In this document: one piece after another, positions 1 to 8,975 of the stretch
How positions within the stretch are numbered: position 1 is the stretch's first letter
Layout of the letters: each line of letters begins with the position of its first letter
Source of the DNA: Candidatus Omnitrophota bacterium
GTDB taxonomy: Bacteria; Omnitrophota; Gorgyraeia; Gygaellales; Profunditerraquicolaceae
Length of the DNA stretch: 64,000 bases
NCBI GenBank assembly: GCA_041663665.1
Contig: JBAYMG010000005.1
Span: 1,354-65,353 of the forward strand
Reading direction: 5' to 3'
The notes under the pieces: model-generated
The model's database searches: none
What the model was told of the DNA's origin: nothing
The model's input: only the letters and a program-made list of their open reading frames with translations
Program-made: the position numbers and the translations under genes

Positions 1-386
1 TTTATCGTCCGCTGCTTGAAACTGATATTACTAAAAAAGTAATTAACCGCTATCTTTTTGACGGTAATCTTAAGCCGGCGAAAGAGGCTCAAGCCGATCT
101 GGTGTTAAAAGGGGAATTGATTGAATACCGCAAAGATCCGTTAAGTTATAATTCGGATAATGACGAAGTTACTGAATACCGCATAAATGTTTATGTGAAT
201 TTGACTCTTTGGGATACTAAGGAAAATAAATTAATCTGGCAGGAAAATAACTTTAATGGTAATGTTTCTTATTTTACCAGTTTCGCTGCTGGAAATGTGC
301 TTAGGGTAACTGAAGATACGGCGGTAAACAATGCAATCGATGATTTGGCTCGCCGCATAGTCGAACGCACGGTCGAGCAATGGTAA
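1..386 (+). CDS. lptE: LPS-assembly lipoprotein LptE, C-terminal part (5' end outside window)
   Basis: ORF frame is open to the window edge. The alternating hydrophobic pattern (LVLKGELIEYR...YRINVYVNLTLWD...KLIWQ) resembles LptE, and it sits directly upstream of a holA-like gene as in the conserved lptE-holA synteny. Confidence 0.5.
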   Translation, partial: YRPLLETDITKKVINRYLFDGNLKPAKEAQADLVLKGELIEYRKDPLSYNSDNDEVTEYRINVYVNLTLWDTKENKLIWQENNFNGNVSYFTSFAAGNVLRVTEDTAVNNAIDDLARRIVERTVEQW

Positions 387-387
387 T

Positions 388-1026
388 ATGGTCTATTTAC
401 TTATCGGCCAGGATGTTTTGGCTAAAGAAGTTCAGCTTAAAAAGATAAAACAAGAATTCCTTCCCCGCCAGCTGCAGGATTTTAATCTGGACACGCTCTA
501 TGCTAAAGAAATAACTCTAAAAGACATCCAGGAACGTTTTTTAATTATTCCGTTAAAGAGCGTTAAAAGAATTATCGTAATTAAAGAAGCTGATTCTTTA
601 GATGAAGCATCCCGCAAATTTTTTCTAATTTATTCTAAGCATCCGCATAAACAATTAGTTCTGGTTCTAGATTTTGAACATTATGATTATAAAGATGAGT
701 TTATCCGCGGAATTTCTCCTCAGGCGCAGACATTGCGTTTTAAGGAGATAGTTAATCCGGATACATTCGCTTTAAGCCGGCAGATTGAGTTAAAAAAAAC
801 TGAGCTTTCCTTGCGCATACTGAATCAACTTCTTGGATCCGGCCAGGCGCCGGAACGAATTCTTGGTGGGCTACGTTACGCCTGGGAAAAACAGGGTATG
901 GCGGGGCAGCTTGCGCGTAAGAAGCTTAAATTACTTTTGGTTTGTGATATAGAAATAAAAACAGGCAGGCTTGCGCCTGCCTTTGCTTTGGAAAAATTAG
1001 TGGTTAGTTTATGCGGATTTGCTTAA
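388..1026 (+). CDS. holA: DNA polymerase III delta subunit-like (short HolA)
   Basis: Clamp-loader delta N-terminal domain pattern (LIGQDVLAKEVQLKKIKQ...), synteny with lptE, and a start codon overlapping the upstream stop. At 212 aa it is shorter than E. coli HolA. Confidence 0.5.
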   Translation: MVYLLIGQDVLAKEVQLKKIKQEFLPRQLQDFNLDTLYAKEITLKDIQERFLIIPLKSVKRIIVIKEADSLDEASRKFFLIYSKHPHKQLVLVLDFEHYDYKDEFIRGISPQAQTLRFKEIVNPDTFALSRQIELKKTELSLRILNQLLGSGQAPERILGGLRYAWEKQGMAGQLARKKLKLLLVCDIEIKTGRLAPAFALEKLVVSLCGFA

Positions 1027-1269
1027 TTTGCGCATAAGGCGCGATTTTCTACGGTTGGCAGTAGCCGGATGGATGATGTTTTTCTTAGCGGCTTTGTCTA
1101 ATTGCGAGAAAACCTTGGAAATAAAAGTTTTAGCTTCGGCGTCTTTTTTTTCGACTAACCCCTGGAATTTTTTAATTGCTCCTTTAAGTTGCACCTTTAC
1201 CTTGAGATTGCGAGTATGTTTTCTTTTGTTTACACGATTACTTTTTAATGATGTTCTGCGTCTTGGCAT
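1009..1269 (-). CDS. rpsT: 30S ribosomal protein S20
   Basis: 86-aa highly basic protein, KSA-terminal, with the helical S20 pattern (RNLKVKVQLKGAIKKF...ATANRRKSRLMRKL). Confidence 0.85.
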   Translation of the reverse strand: MPRRRTSLKSNRVNKRKHTRNLKVKVQLKGAIKKFQGLVEKKDAEAKTFISKVFSQLDKAAKKNIIHPATANRRKSRLMRKLSKSA

Positions 1270-1359
1270 ATATTCTCCTTATCCACGAGCTTGCACTCGT
1301 TAAACATGGGGTGTTTTAGTTAACTTACAGGTTAATATTATTAGCATAATTAATTATCC

Positions 1360-2910
1360 ATGTCAATAAGCAAATATCTTAAAAATAACCAAAATCAAAC
1401 AGTTGCCCGCTCGGCAACTATCATTAGTTTGGCTACCCTTGTTTCGCGTGTGCTTGGTTTTATCAGGGATGTAGTTATTGCCCGGCTGTTTGGAATTTAT
1501 GTTTACGCCCAGGCTTTTGTCATTGCCTTTCGTATACCCAATCTTTTTCGCGATTTAGTTGCTGAAGGGGCTGCGAATGCGGCAATTATCCCGGTTTTAA
1601 GCGAGTACAGCTTAAAACGCACTAAAGAAGAATTTTGGGAACTGGCTAACCTGTTGCTTAATATACTGTTGGTGGCCTTAAGTGTAATAACTATACTTGG
1701 GATAATCTTTTCTCCTTTACTGGTACGTTTAATTGCCCCGGGTTTTATTGCCTCTCCTGAAAAACTGCAAGCAACAATTAATCTAAATCGGATTATTTTT
1801 CCTTATATATTACTGGTTGGCCTTGCTGCTTATGCCATGGCGGTGCTTAATTCGTTAAAGAATTTTACTGTTTCTGCGTTTGCCCCTTGCCTTTTAAATA
1901 TTGCGATAATTGTTTGTGCGATTATTTTTGGAGAAAATGTAATTGGTCTGGCAAGCGGAGTTTTGCTTGGCGGCATATTACAGTTGGCCGTGCAGGTGCC
2001 TATTTTATATAAAAAAGGATTTCATCCGAAATTTGCTCTTGGTTTTAAACATCCGGCAGTTGTGCGGATTGGAAAATTAATGGTGCCGCGCCTGGTGAGC
2101 TCAAGTATTTATCAATTAAATAATTTTGTCGATTCAATTTTTGGTTCTTTTGCCTGGATTGTCGGCGATGGCGGGGTGGCGGTACTCTATTTTGCTTACC
2201 GGCTTATTCAGTTTCCTATTGGTATTTTTAGTAATGCCATTGCCCAGGCAATTTTACCGACTCTTTCCACCCAAGTGCTAGAGGAGGGTTATGACGAACT
2301 TAAAACTACTCTTTCCTGGGGGCTGCGCACAGTTTTTTTTGTGATGCTGCCGATTACCGCTATTTTTATGGTTCTTGGCGGGCCATTGGTTTTTGCTCTT
2401 TTTGGAGGAGGAAAATTTGATTTTAATTCCGGGGTTTTAACCGGTGATGCTTTGTTTTTTTATAGTATTGGCCTATGTGCTTATGGAGGGACTAAGATAC
2501 TGCAATGTTGTTTTTTTGCCCTGAAAGATACTGTTACTCCGACAAAGATAGCCGGTTTAGCTCTGGGGTTAAATATTGTTCTTAATGCGGCATTGATGTT
2601 TCCGCTTAAAATCAGCGGCTTGGCACTGGCTACTTCAATTTCAGGGACAATTTCTTTCTTCTTTTTATTTTTTATTTTAAAGAAGCGGCTGAATGGATTC
2701 GGAGAGCATAAAATATTAAAATCATTTTTACGCATCTTGCTGGCCTCTTTTTGTATGTCGGTAGTATGTTTTTTAGTCAATCGAGCGCTAAATTTTAGCT
2801 GGGCATTATTTTTTAGCGCGTTAGCTTATGTCGTTTTTTGTTTCATTTTTGGTGTTGCTGAATTTAAAGAGCTCATGCGGAAAATACTATGGAAAACCGG
2901 GAGAAGCTAA
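1360..2910 (+). CDS. murJ: Lipid II flippase MurJ (MviN)
   Basis: 516-aa polytopic protein with the canonical MurJ N-terminus (ISLATLVSRVLGFIRDVVIARLFG). Confidence 0.9.
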   Translation: MSISKYLKNNQNQTVARSATIISLATLVSRVLGFIRDVVIARLFGIYVYAQAFVIAFRIPNLFRDLVAEGAANAAIIPVLSEYSLKRTKEEFWELANLLLNILLVALSVITILGIIFSPLLVRLIAPGFIASPEKLQATINLNRIIFPYILLVGLAAYAMAVLNSLKNFTVSAFAPCLLNIAIIVCAIIFGENVIGLASGVLLGGILQLAVQVPILYKKGFHPKFALGFKHPAVVRIGKLMVPRLVSSSIYQLNNFVDSIFGSFAWIVGDGGVAVLYFAYRLIQFPIGIFSNAIAQAILPTLSTQVLEEGYDELKTTLSWGLRTVFFVMLPITAIFMVLGGPLVFALFGGGKFDFNSGVLTGDALFFYSIGLCAYGGTKILQCCFFALKDTVTPTKIAGLALGLNIVLNAALMFPLKISGLALATSISGTISFFFLFFILKKRLNGFGEHKILKSFLRILLASFCMSVVCFLVNRALNFSWALFFSALAYVVFCFIFGVAEFKELMRKILWKTGRS

Positions 2911-4154
2911 AAGAAAAAATATTACAAGCGCCGGATTCGCCCGGTGTTTATCTGATGCGCGATAGCCAGGGTCAGGTTCTTTATGTCGGTAAGGCTAATT
3001 CATTAAGAAAGCGCCTGCTTAGTTATTTAGGCGCAGGTTTATCTAATAAAACTATGGCTCTAGTGGATAAAATCGCTGATGTTGAGGTCAGGTTGTCGGC
3101 CAACGAGAGTATGGCTTTACTGCTTGAGGCCAACCTTATCCATGAATTTAAGCCAAGATATAATATTTCGCTCAAAGATGACAAAAGTTTTCCTTTTCTT
3201 AGGATTTCGCAGGAAAAATTTCCATCAATTTCTATTGTTCGCCGGAAGAAATATGCAGACGGCCAATATCTGGGGCCATATACTAATGCTAAGCTTCTAA
3301 AAAGTGCTCTTAAAATTATCCGGTATAGTTTTGCTTTTCGATCTTGCAGGAATATGCCCAAAAAGAGCTGTATTTACTTTAGGATTAATCTCTGCCCTGC
3401 TCCTTGTATTGGAAAAATCAGTGCTCGGGAATATAAGCTGGCCCTGGATAATATTATTCTAATTTTAGAAGGTAAAAATGACCGATTAGTTAGCAAGCTT
3501 ACAAAATTAATGCAGGATAAAGCTAAAGTAATGGATTTTGAGGCGGCAGCCAATTGTCGCGATCAGATTAGTGTTTTATCTGAGATGCCACTGGTTTATT
3601 CCGGAGATAATCGTAGAAAAGAGCTGTTGGATTTAAAAAATAGGCTGGGTTTAAAAAAACTTCCCGTAGTCATCGAAGGATTCGATATCTCTGACATTTT
3701 TGGTAAACTTGCGGTTGGCTCAATGGTCAGTTTTCGCGATGGTAGCCCGGATAAAAATAGTTACCGCAGGTATCGGATAAAAAGTTTTAATGGAATTGAC
3801 GATTATCGCATGCTAGCTGAGGTGGTCAGGCGGCGTTATAGACGTTTGCTTAAAGAAAATTTGCCTTTGCCGGATTTGTTGCTTATTGATGGTGGCAAGG
3901 GGCATCTTCTGACAGTTCAGGGAGTGCTTAAGGAATTAAATGTTTCTATTCCCCTGGTCAGTATTGCTAAAGAAAAAGAAAATATTTATAGCAATAAAAA
4001 TTTGTCCGCCTTAAACTTTCCTAAAGATGCCGTGGCTATGAATTTGATTCGCAGGATACGTGATGAAGCGCATAGGTTTGCTTTAAGCTACCATCATTTA
4101 TTACGGCGGCAAGAATTAATTGGGGCTAGTCGAAAAACAGGTAGATTAAATTGA
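2889..4154 (+). CDS. uvrC: UvrC-like excinuclease (GIY-YIG plus RNase H-like endonuclease domain; C-terminal HhH pair absent)
   Basis: GIY-YIG motif (PGVYLMRDSQGQVLYVGKANSLRKR) and the UvrC endonuclease-domain pattern (VVIEGFDISDIFG...GSMVSFRDGSPDKNSYRRYRI). The stop at 4154 falls where the (HhH)2 domain would begin. Confidence 0.75.
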   Translation: MENREKLKEKILQAPDSPGVYLMRDSQGQVLYVGKANSLRKRLLSYLGAGLSNKTMALVDKIADVEVRLSANESMALLLEANLIHEFKPRYNISLKDDKSFPFLRISQEKFPSISIVRRKKYADGQYLGPYTNAKLLKSALKIIRYSFAFRSCRNMPKKSCIYFRINLCPAPCIGKISAREYKLALDNIILILEGKNDRLVSKLTKLMQDKAKVMDFEAAANCRDQISVLSEMPLVYSGDNRRKELLDLKNRLGLKKLPVVIEGFDISDIFGKLAVGSMVSFRDGSPDKNSYRRYRIKSFNGIDDYRMLAEVVRRRYRRLLKENLPLPDLLLIDGGKGHLLTVQGVLKELNVSIPLVSIAKEKENIYSNKNLSALNFPKDAVAMNLIRRIRDEAHRFALSYHHLLRRQELIGASRKTGRLN

Positions 4155-4166
4155 GGATTTAAAATA

Positions 4167-5102
4167 ATGTTAAACTTTCAGAGAATAAGAAGTTTCCTAT
4201 TTTACTCAAGCGTAATCTTGTTTTTTAGCGCCTTACCTTTTATTATCGCTTCGGCTTTGGGGTATAAATTTAATCCGGATACTTTAAAGTTTTCTAAGAC
4301 AGGTTTAATTTATATAAAAACTCAGCCGGAAGGGGCCAGTATATATCTTAACGGTAAGAAAATAGCTGAAAAAACTCCGGCGAGCATTGCGGAGCTAGTT
4401 CCGGGTGTATATAAAATTGTTTTGGAGCTAGCTCAACATTATCCATGGCGGGAGGAGATAGATGTCGAAGCAGGTAAGGTTACTCGGGTTGATAAGGTTA
4501 TTCTTTTTCCTCTGCGGCCGAATTTAGAACAGTTAAATCAGGAAAGGTTTTCTTCTTTTCGCCTGGATACCGATAAAAATGTGATATATTATCTAGACCA
4601 GTTAAATAAAGTTGTCTATAAATCTAATTTAGACGGCAGCAATTTCGATGATGTGGCAAGCCTGCCGGATAAGTTTGTGCAAATTATCGGCTGGGATGTC
4701 TCACTAGATAAGAAAAAAATATTTATTTTTAATAATTCTCAAATTGGCGTGATTTTTTTCGATAATCAAGGTGAGCGTGATTATTCAGATTCACCGATAT
4801 TTTTTGATTATTCTCGAGAGAAGATAGTTAATGTTTTTTGGCATTCAGACAGTTATCATTTGATAGTGCTAACTAATAAGTATGTCCAAGTGATTGAAGC
4901 TAGGCCAAGGGCATTACCGATTAACCTGGTAAAATTAAATAAAGAGGAGTCACCGGCATTTTACGATGCCAGAAAAGATATTCTTTATTTCAGCGATACC
5001 CAAATAAGCCCGAGCGGATATTTTTATAATAATTTGTATAAATTAGAGCTTAATGCGGATCTATATCTATTAGGTATGTTAATGAATAAGACAAATGAAT
5101 AA
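4167..5102 (+). CDS. Membrane-anchored PEGA-domain protein
   Basis: N-terminal TM helix followed by a PEGA-like motif (TQPEGASIYLNGKKIAEKTPASIAELVPGVYKIVLEL). Confidence 0.55.
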   Translation: MLNFQRIRSFLFYSSVILFFSALPFIIASALGYKFNPDTLKFSKTGLIYIKTQPEGASIYLNGKKIAEKTPASIAELVPGVYKIVLELAQHYPWREEIDVEAGKVTRVDKVILFPLRPNLEQLNQERFSSFRLDTDKNVIYYLDQLNKVVYKSNLDGSNFDDVASLPDKFVQIIGWDVSLDKKKIFIFNNSQIGVIFFDNQGERDYSDSPIFFDYSREKIVNVFWHSDSYHLIVLTNKYVQVIEARPRALPINLVKLNKEESPAFYDARKDILYFSDTQISPSGYFYNNLYKLELNADLYLLGMLMNKTNE

Positions 5103-6588
5103 GGCTGTATTTTTAAAGCGCGTTCTGGAAATTATTCCCGGAGGGTTATCTTGGGGGATAATTATTACTTTGATTTTGTTGTCGATTCTGCATCCGATAG
5201 CCAGTGCAATTATAATTATTACTTTTGATTTTTATTGGATTATCCGTACAGTTTATTTAACTACACTTTTAATCTTGGCTCATCACCGGCTTTCCGCAGA
5301 AAAAAATAAAGATTGGTTTGCTAACTGCCTGGGGTTGCCGATTGGTAAAAGATTTAGGGATTTATATCAGCTGGTAATCTTTCCGGTTTACAATGAGGGG
5401 TTAGAAGTCTTGCGGCCGTCGTTAGAAGCTTTAAGCGCCAGCCGTTACTTGAATGAAAGGTTTATTGTAGTTATGGCTTTTGAAGAACGTAATATCCAGG
5501 CGCGTAATGTTGCGCAAAAACTCGAGGAAGAATTTGGCGCAAAATTTGGCGCCTATTTATCTACTTTTCATCCTGATGGTTTAGCCGGAGAAAGCCGGAC
5601 TAAAGGCGCAAATGCTACTTGGGCGGCTAAAGTGGCTAAGGACTATTTAGATTCCCGGGGGATTGCTCATGAACAGGTGGTAGTTTCTTGTTTTGATGCT
5701 GATACTTGTGTTGATCCGCAATATTTTGGTTGTTTAAGCTATCATTTTTTAACTTCCCCTAAACCCCATCAGGCAAGTTACCAGCCAATGCCGGTTTATA
5801 ATAATAATATTTGGCAGGCTCCATCTTTTGCTCGTTTGATCGAAATCAGTAGTTCGTTTTGTCAGTTAATCGAAAGTATGCGTTTGGAAAAATTTGTTAC
5901 ATTTTCAAGCCACAGTATGAGTTTTAAGACCCTGGTTGAAATTGATTATTGGCCGACAAACATGATTTCCGACGACTCGGTAATTTACTGGAAAGGTTAT
6001 CTGTATTATAATGGCGATTATCGTGTTCAGCCGCTGTATACTACTGTCTCGATGGATGTGGCATATTCTAATAATATTTGGCGCACAATTGTTGTACAGT
6101 ATAAGCAGAAGAGAAGATGGGCTTGGGGTGTAGAAAATTTTCCTTTTGTGGTGGCTGGGTTTATGAAGAATAAAAACATTTCCCTGTTTAATAAGCTAAG
6201 AAGGTCTTTTCAGCTCTTAGAAAGCCATGTAACTTGGGCTGTTTGGGCGGTTATCTTGGCAGTGATTGGATATCTGCCGATATTTTTTGGCGGGGTATTT
6301 TTTAACCAGACAGCCATTGCTTATAATCTACCCAGGATTGCCGGTTTATTATTTAAGTTTACCTTAGTAACAAGTTTAACCTGGATATTTTTAAGCTGGA
6401 CAATTTTGCCTGCGCGCCCTAAAGGGGTAAGCTGGTTTAAAAATATAATTTTTGTTTTAGAATGGTTTTTTGTGCCGATTATTATATTAATTATTGGTTC
6501 TTTGCCGGCAATAGATGCACAAACCCGGTTGATGCTGGCTAAATACATGGAATTTAATCCTACATTAAAAGGAAATAGGGTGATATAA
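5095..6588 (+). CDS. Processive family-2 glycosyltransferase (cellulose/chitin/NodC-synthase-like), integral membrane
   Basis: GT2 motifs: VYNEG, DAD (CFDADTCVDPQYF) and QxxRW (QKRRWAWG), with N- and C-terminal TM segments. Confidence 0.65.
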   Translation: MNKAVFLKRVLEIIPGGLSWGIIITLILLSILHPIASAIIIITFDFYWIIRTVYLTTLLILAHHRLSAEKNKDWFANCLGLPIGKRFRDLYQLVIFPVYNEGLEVLRPSLEALSASRYLNERFIVVMAFEERNIQARNVAQKLEEEFGAKFGAYLSTFHPDGLAGESRTKGANATWAAKVAKDYLDSRGIAHEQVVVSCFDADTCVDPQYFGCLSYHFLTSPKPHQASYQPMPVYNNNIWQAPSFARLIEISSSFCQLIESMRLEKFVTFSSHSMSFKTLVEIDYWPTNMISDDSVIYWKGYLYYNGDYRVQPLYTTVSMDVAYSNNIWRTIVVQYKQKRRWAWGVENFPFVVAGFMKNKNISLFNKLRRSFQLLESHVTWAVWAVILAVIGYLPIFFGGVFFNQTAIAYNLPRIAGLLFKFTLVTSLTWIFLSWTILPARPKGVSWFKNIIFVLEWFFVPIIILIIGSLPAIDAQTRLMLAKYMEFNPTLKGNRVI

Positions 6589-6594
6589 TCAAGA

Positions 6595-6622
6595 AACTAA
6601 ACTGCTTTAAAGCAGTTTAGTT
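6595..6622. terminator. Perfect 28-bp palindrome (hairpin; possible terminator or protein-binding site) between the GT2 gene and pilT
   Basis: aactaaactgcttt|aaagcagtttagtt is perfectly self-complementary. No U-tract follows. Confidence 0.35.
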
Positions 6623-6677
6623 CCGCAGCCCCGCATGTTTGTGCAGAAAAAGAGGGGAAGAGTAACTCGGGAGGAAT

Positions 6678-7751
6678 ATGGATATTAAAAAATTAATGCA
6701 TGAAATGGTGGATAGAAATGCTTCGGATCTTTTTTATCGTGCCGGAGGTGTGCCTCGCTTGCGTATCGATGGGAAAGTAATTCCTATGGATACTAAAATA
6801 TTAACCGTAGATGATGTCATGGTGGCAATTGAACAACTGGCTAACACCAAGCAGTTGGAAGTTTTTAGGAATGAAATGGATGTAGATTTTGGCGTGTATC
6901 TGGAAGAATTCCTGCGGCGTTTTCGAGTTAGCATCTTTATGCAGAGGAATTGGCCATCTATTGTTATCCGAAATGTGCATAACAATATAGCTAGTTTTGG
7001 GGAACTTAATCTTCCCGATGAAATATTAAAAAAACTATCAATGGAAACCCGGGGGATTGTGCTTTTGACCGGTACGATGGGTAGTGGGAAATCAACTACA
7101 ATTGCCAGTATGATGGAATATATAAATAATAATGCCAAAAAACATATTTTAACTGCGGAAGAGCCGATTGAGTTTACTTTTGAGGATAAGCAGGCAATTA
7201 TCAATCAGCGCGAACTGGGTATGGATGTTAAGAACTATCCGGTTGCTTTACGTGCTTTTACCTTACAGAGCCCCGACGTAATTTTTATCGGCAACATTCG
7301 TGATTATGAGACAGTATCAAGCGCTATGGCTGCTGCGGAAACAGGGGTTTTAGTTTTAAGTACCTTGCATACTATTAATGCTTCTCAGACCGTAGAAAGA
7401 TTAATCAATCTTTTTCCTCCGCACCAGCATCAAGAAGTAAGGAATCAATTGGCTTCTCTGTTGAAAGGGGTAATCTCTTTGCGGCTTGTACCTGCTAAGG
7501 ATGGGGTCGGACGTTTTCCTGCCTATGAGGTTATGCTTTTGACACCGACTATCAGCCGTTTGATCCGCGAGGGTAAAATCTGGGAGATTCCTCAATTTAT
7601 TGAAGAGGGCACAGTTTTTGGCATGCAGTCATTTAATCAATCTTTAGTTAAATTAGTTAATGAGGACAAGGTAAATTTAGAAGATGCGGCATTAGTCGCG
7701 GATAGCCGTGAAGAGTTTATGTTAGTTTACCGGGGAATTAAGAAAACATAA
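6678..7751 (+). CDS. pilT: Type IV pilus retraction ATPase PilT
   Basis: Walker A (GTMGSGKSTT) and a PilT-family N-terminus. At 357 aa it is typical of PilT/PilU. Confidence 0.85.
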   Translation: MDIKKLMHEMVDRNASDLFYRAGGVPRLRIDGKVIPMDTKILTVDDVMVAIEQLANTKQLEVFRNEMDVDFGVYLEEFLRRFRVSIFMQRNWPSIVIRNVHNNIASFGELNLPDEILKKLSMETRGIVLLTGTMGSGKSTTIASMMEYINNNAKKHILTAEEPIEFTFEDKQAIINQRELGMDVKNYPVALRAFTLQSPDVIFIGNIRDYETVSSAMAAAETGVLVLSTLHTINASQTVERLINLFPPHQHQEVRNQLASLLKGVISLRLVPAKDGVGRFPAYEVMLLTPTISRLIREGKIWEIPQFIEEGTVFGMQSFNQSLVKLVNEDKVNLEDAALVADSREEFMLVYRGIKKT

Positions 7752-7845
7752 AATTTGGCGCTAATAGGTATTGGGTCGCTGTATTCTGGAGGGTTGACAG
7801 TTGGCCTTAAAGGAGCCGCCGGCGTATCCCGGGCAAGGAGAAAAG

Positions 7846-8944
7846 ATGATTGATAAAATTACAACTAAACTTAGCGAAATCGGTGTGAGAATAGAAAATT
7901 TAAGAGGTTATCTTTGACGTTGAAAAAAGAAGCCAGCAGATCGAAGCTTTAGCTCGTCAGATGTCTTCTGAGGGGTTCTGGGATAGCGGTGAACAATCTA
8001 CTAGAATAGTTAAAGAATTAAAAAATCTTAAAATTATAGTTGAGCCTTGGAGCCAAGCTTATAAAAAATATCAGGAGCTTGCTGAGCTTGTTCCTTTACT
8101 TGAAGAAGATGATCAGGATCTTATTTTGGATTTAACGAAAAATATTGATTCTCTTCTAGTGGTCGTTGACAAACTTGAATTTCAAGTGCTTTTGGGCGGC
8201 CGGTTGGATAAGAACAGTGCGATTTTAAGTATTAATGCTGGTGCCGGCGGGACAGAATCATGCGATTGGGCGGGGATGCTTTTTAGGATGTATAGCCGTT
8301 TTGCACAAGCTCATGATTATAGTGTAAAAACAATCGATCTTTTAGATGGGGAAGAGGCAGGAATAAAAAATGTCACTATTTTAATCGAGGGTCCATATGC
8401 TTTCGGTTATCTAAAAGCAGAGCGCGGTGTACATCGGTTGGTGCGCATTTCTCCTTTTGATGCCAATAAACGCCGGCATACTTCTTTTGCTTCAGTAGAC
8501 GTGATTGCGGAGATAGAAGAGGATCTGGATATAAAAATTGATGAAAAAGATCTGCGTATCGATGTCTATCGTTCTAAGGGCGCAGGCGGGCAAAGCGTTA
8601 ATACTACGGATTCGGCAGTAAGGATTACGCATCTACCGACCGGTATCATAGCGCAATGCCAGAATGAGCGTTCGCAGTTTCAGAATAAGCAGACGGCGAT
8701 GAGAATCCTCAAGGCCCGTCTTTATGAAGCTGAGCAGGCAAAAAAAGAGGCAGAATTAAAAGAGCAAGATTCGGATAAAAAAAGAATTGAATGGGGCAGC
8801 CAGATCCGTTCGTATGTTTTGCATCCTTACAATTTAGTTAAAGATCATCGCACGGATTTTGAAACCGGGGATTCCGGGAAGGTTTTAGATGGTTTTCTGG
8901 ATGAGTTTATTGAGGCGTATTTAAAATTTATTGCTAAAAGATAA
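7846..8944 (+). CDS. prfB: Peptide chain release factor 2 (programmed +1 frameshift at 7912-7918)
   Basis: A short frame-0 ORF (MIDKITTKLSEIGVRIENLRGYL) ends at CTT TGA C. The +1 frame continues in phase with ORF 7961-8944, which carries the GGQ motif (GAGGQSVNTTDSAVRITHLPTGI) and the SPF-like motif. Confidence 0.9.
7903..7918 (+). promoter_or_regulatory. prfB: prfB autoregulatory +1 frameshift site (SD-like AGAGGT, 3 nt, then CTT TGA C)
   Basis: AGAGGTTATCTTTGAC matches the E. coli AGGGGGUAUCUUUGAC architecture. Confidence 0.85.
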
Positions 8945-8975
8945 GCCCTTATCGGGGGATCTAAAGGAAAATTAA

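Noticed and set aside
1270-1290. DnaA-box-like TTATCCACG at about 1281 (and TCTATCCTG inside the 54-bp units)
   Set aside because: Isolated 8/9 and 6/9 matches in AT-rich DNA with no dnaA, dnaN or AT-rich unwinding element nearby. Chance occurrences.
2481-2780. Numerous antisense or alternate-frame ORFs inside long genes (e.g. 2481-2780-, 3023-3361-, 6734-7204-, 9161-9520-, 19017-19358-, 27383-27616-, 43895-44161-, 52968-53318-)
   Set aside because: They lie fully within well-supported genes on the opposite strand or in another frame, lack SDs, and have low-complexity translations. Spurious.
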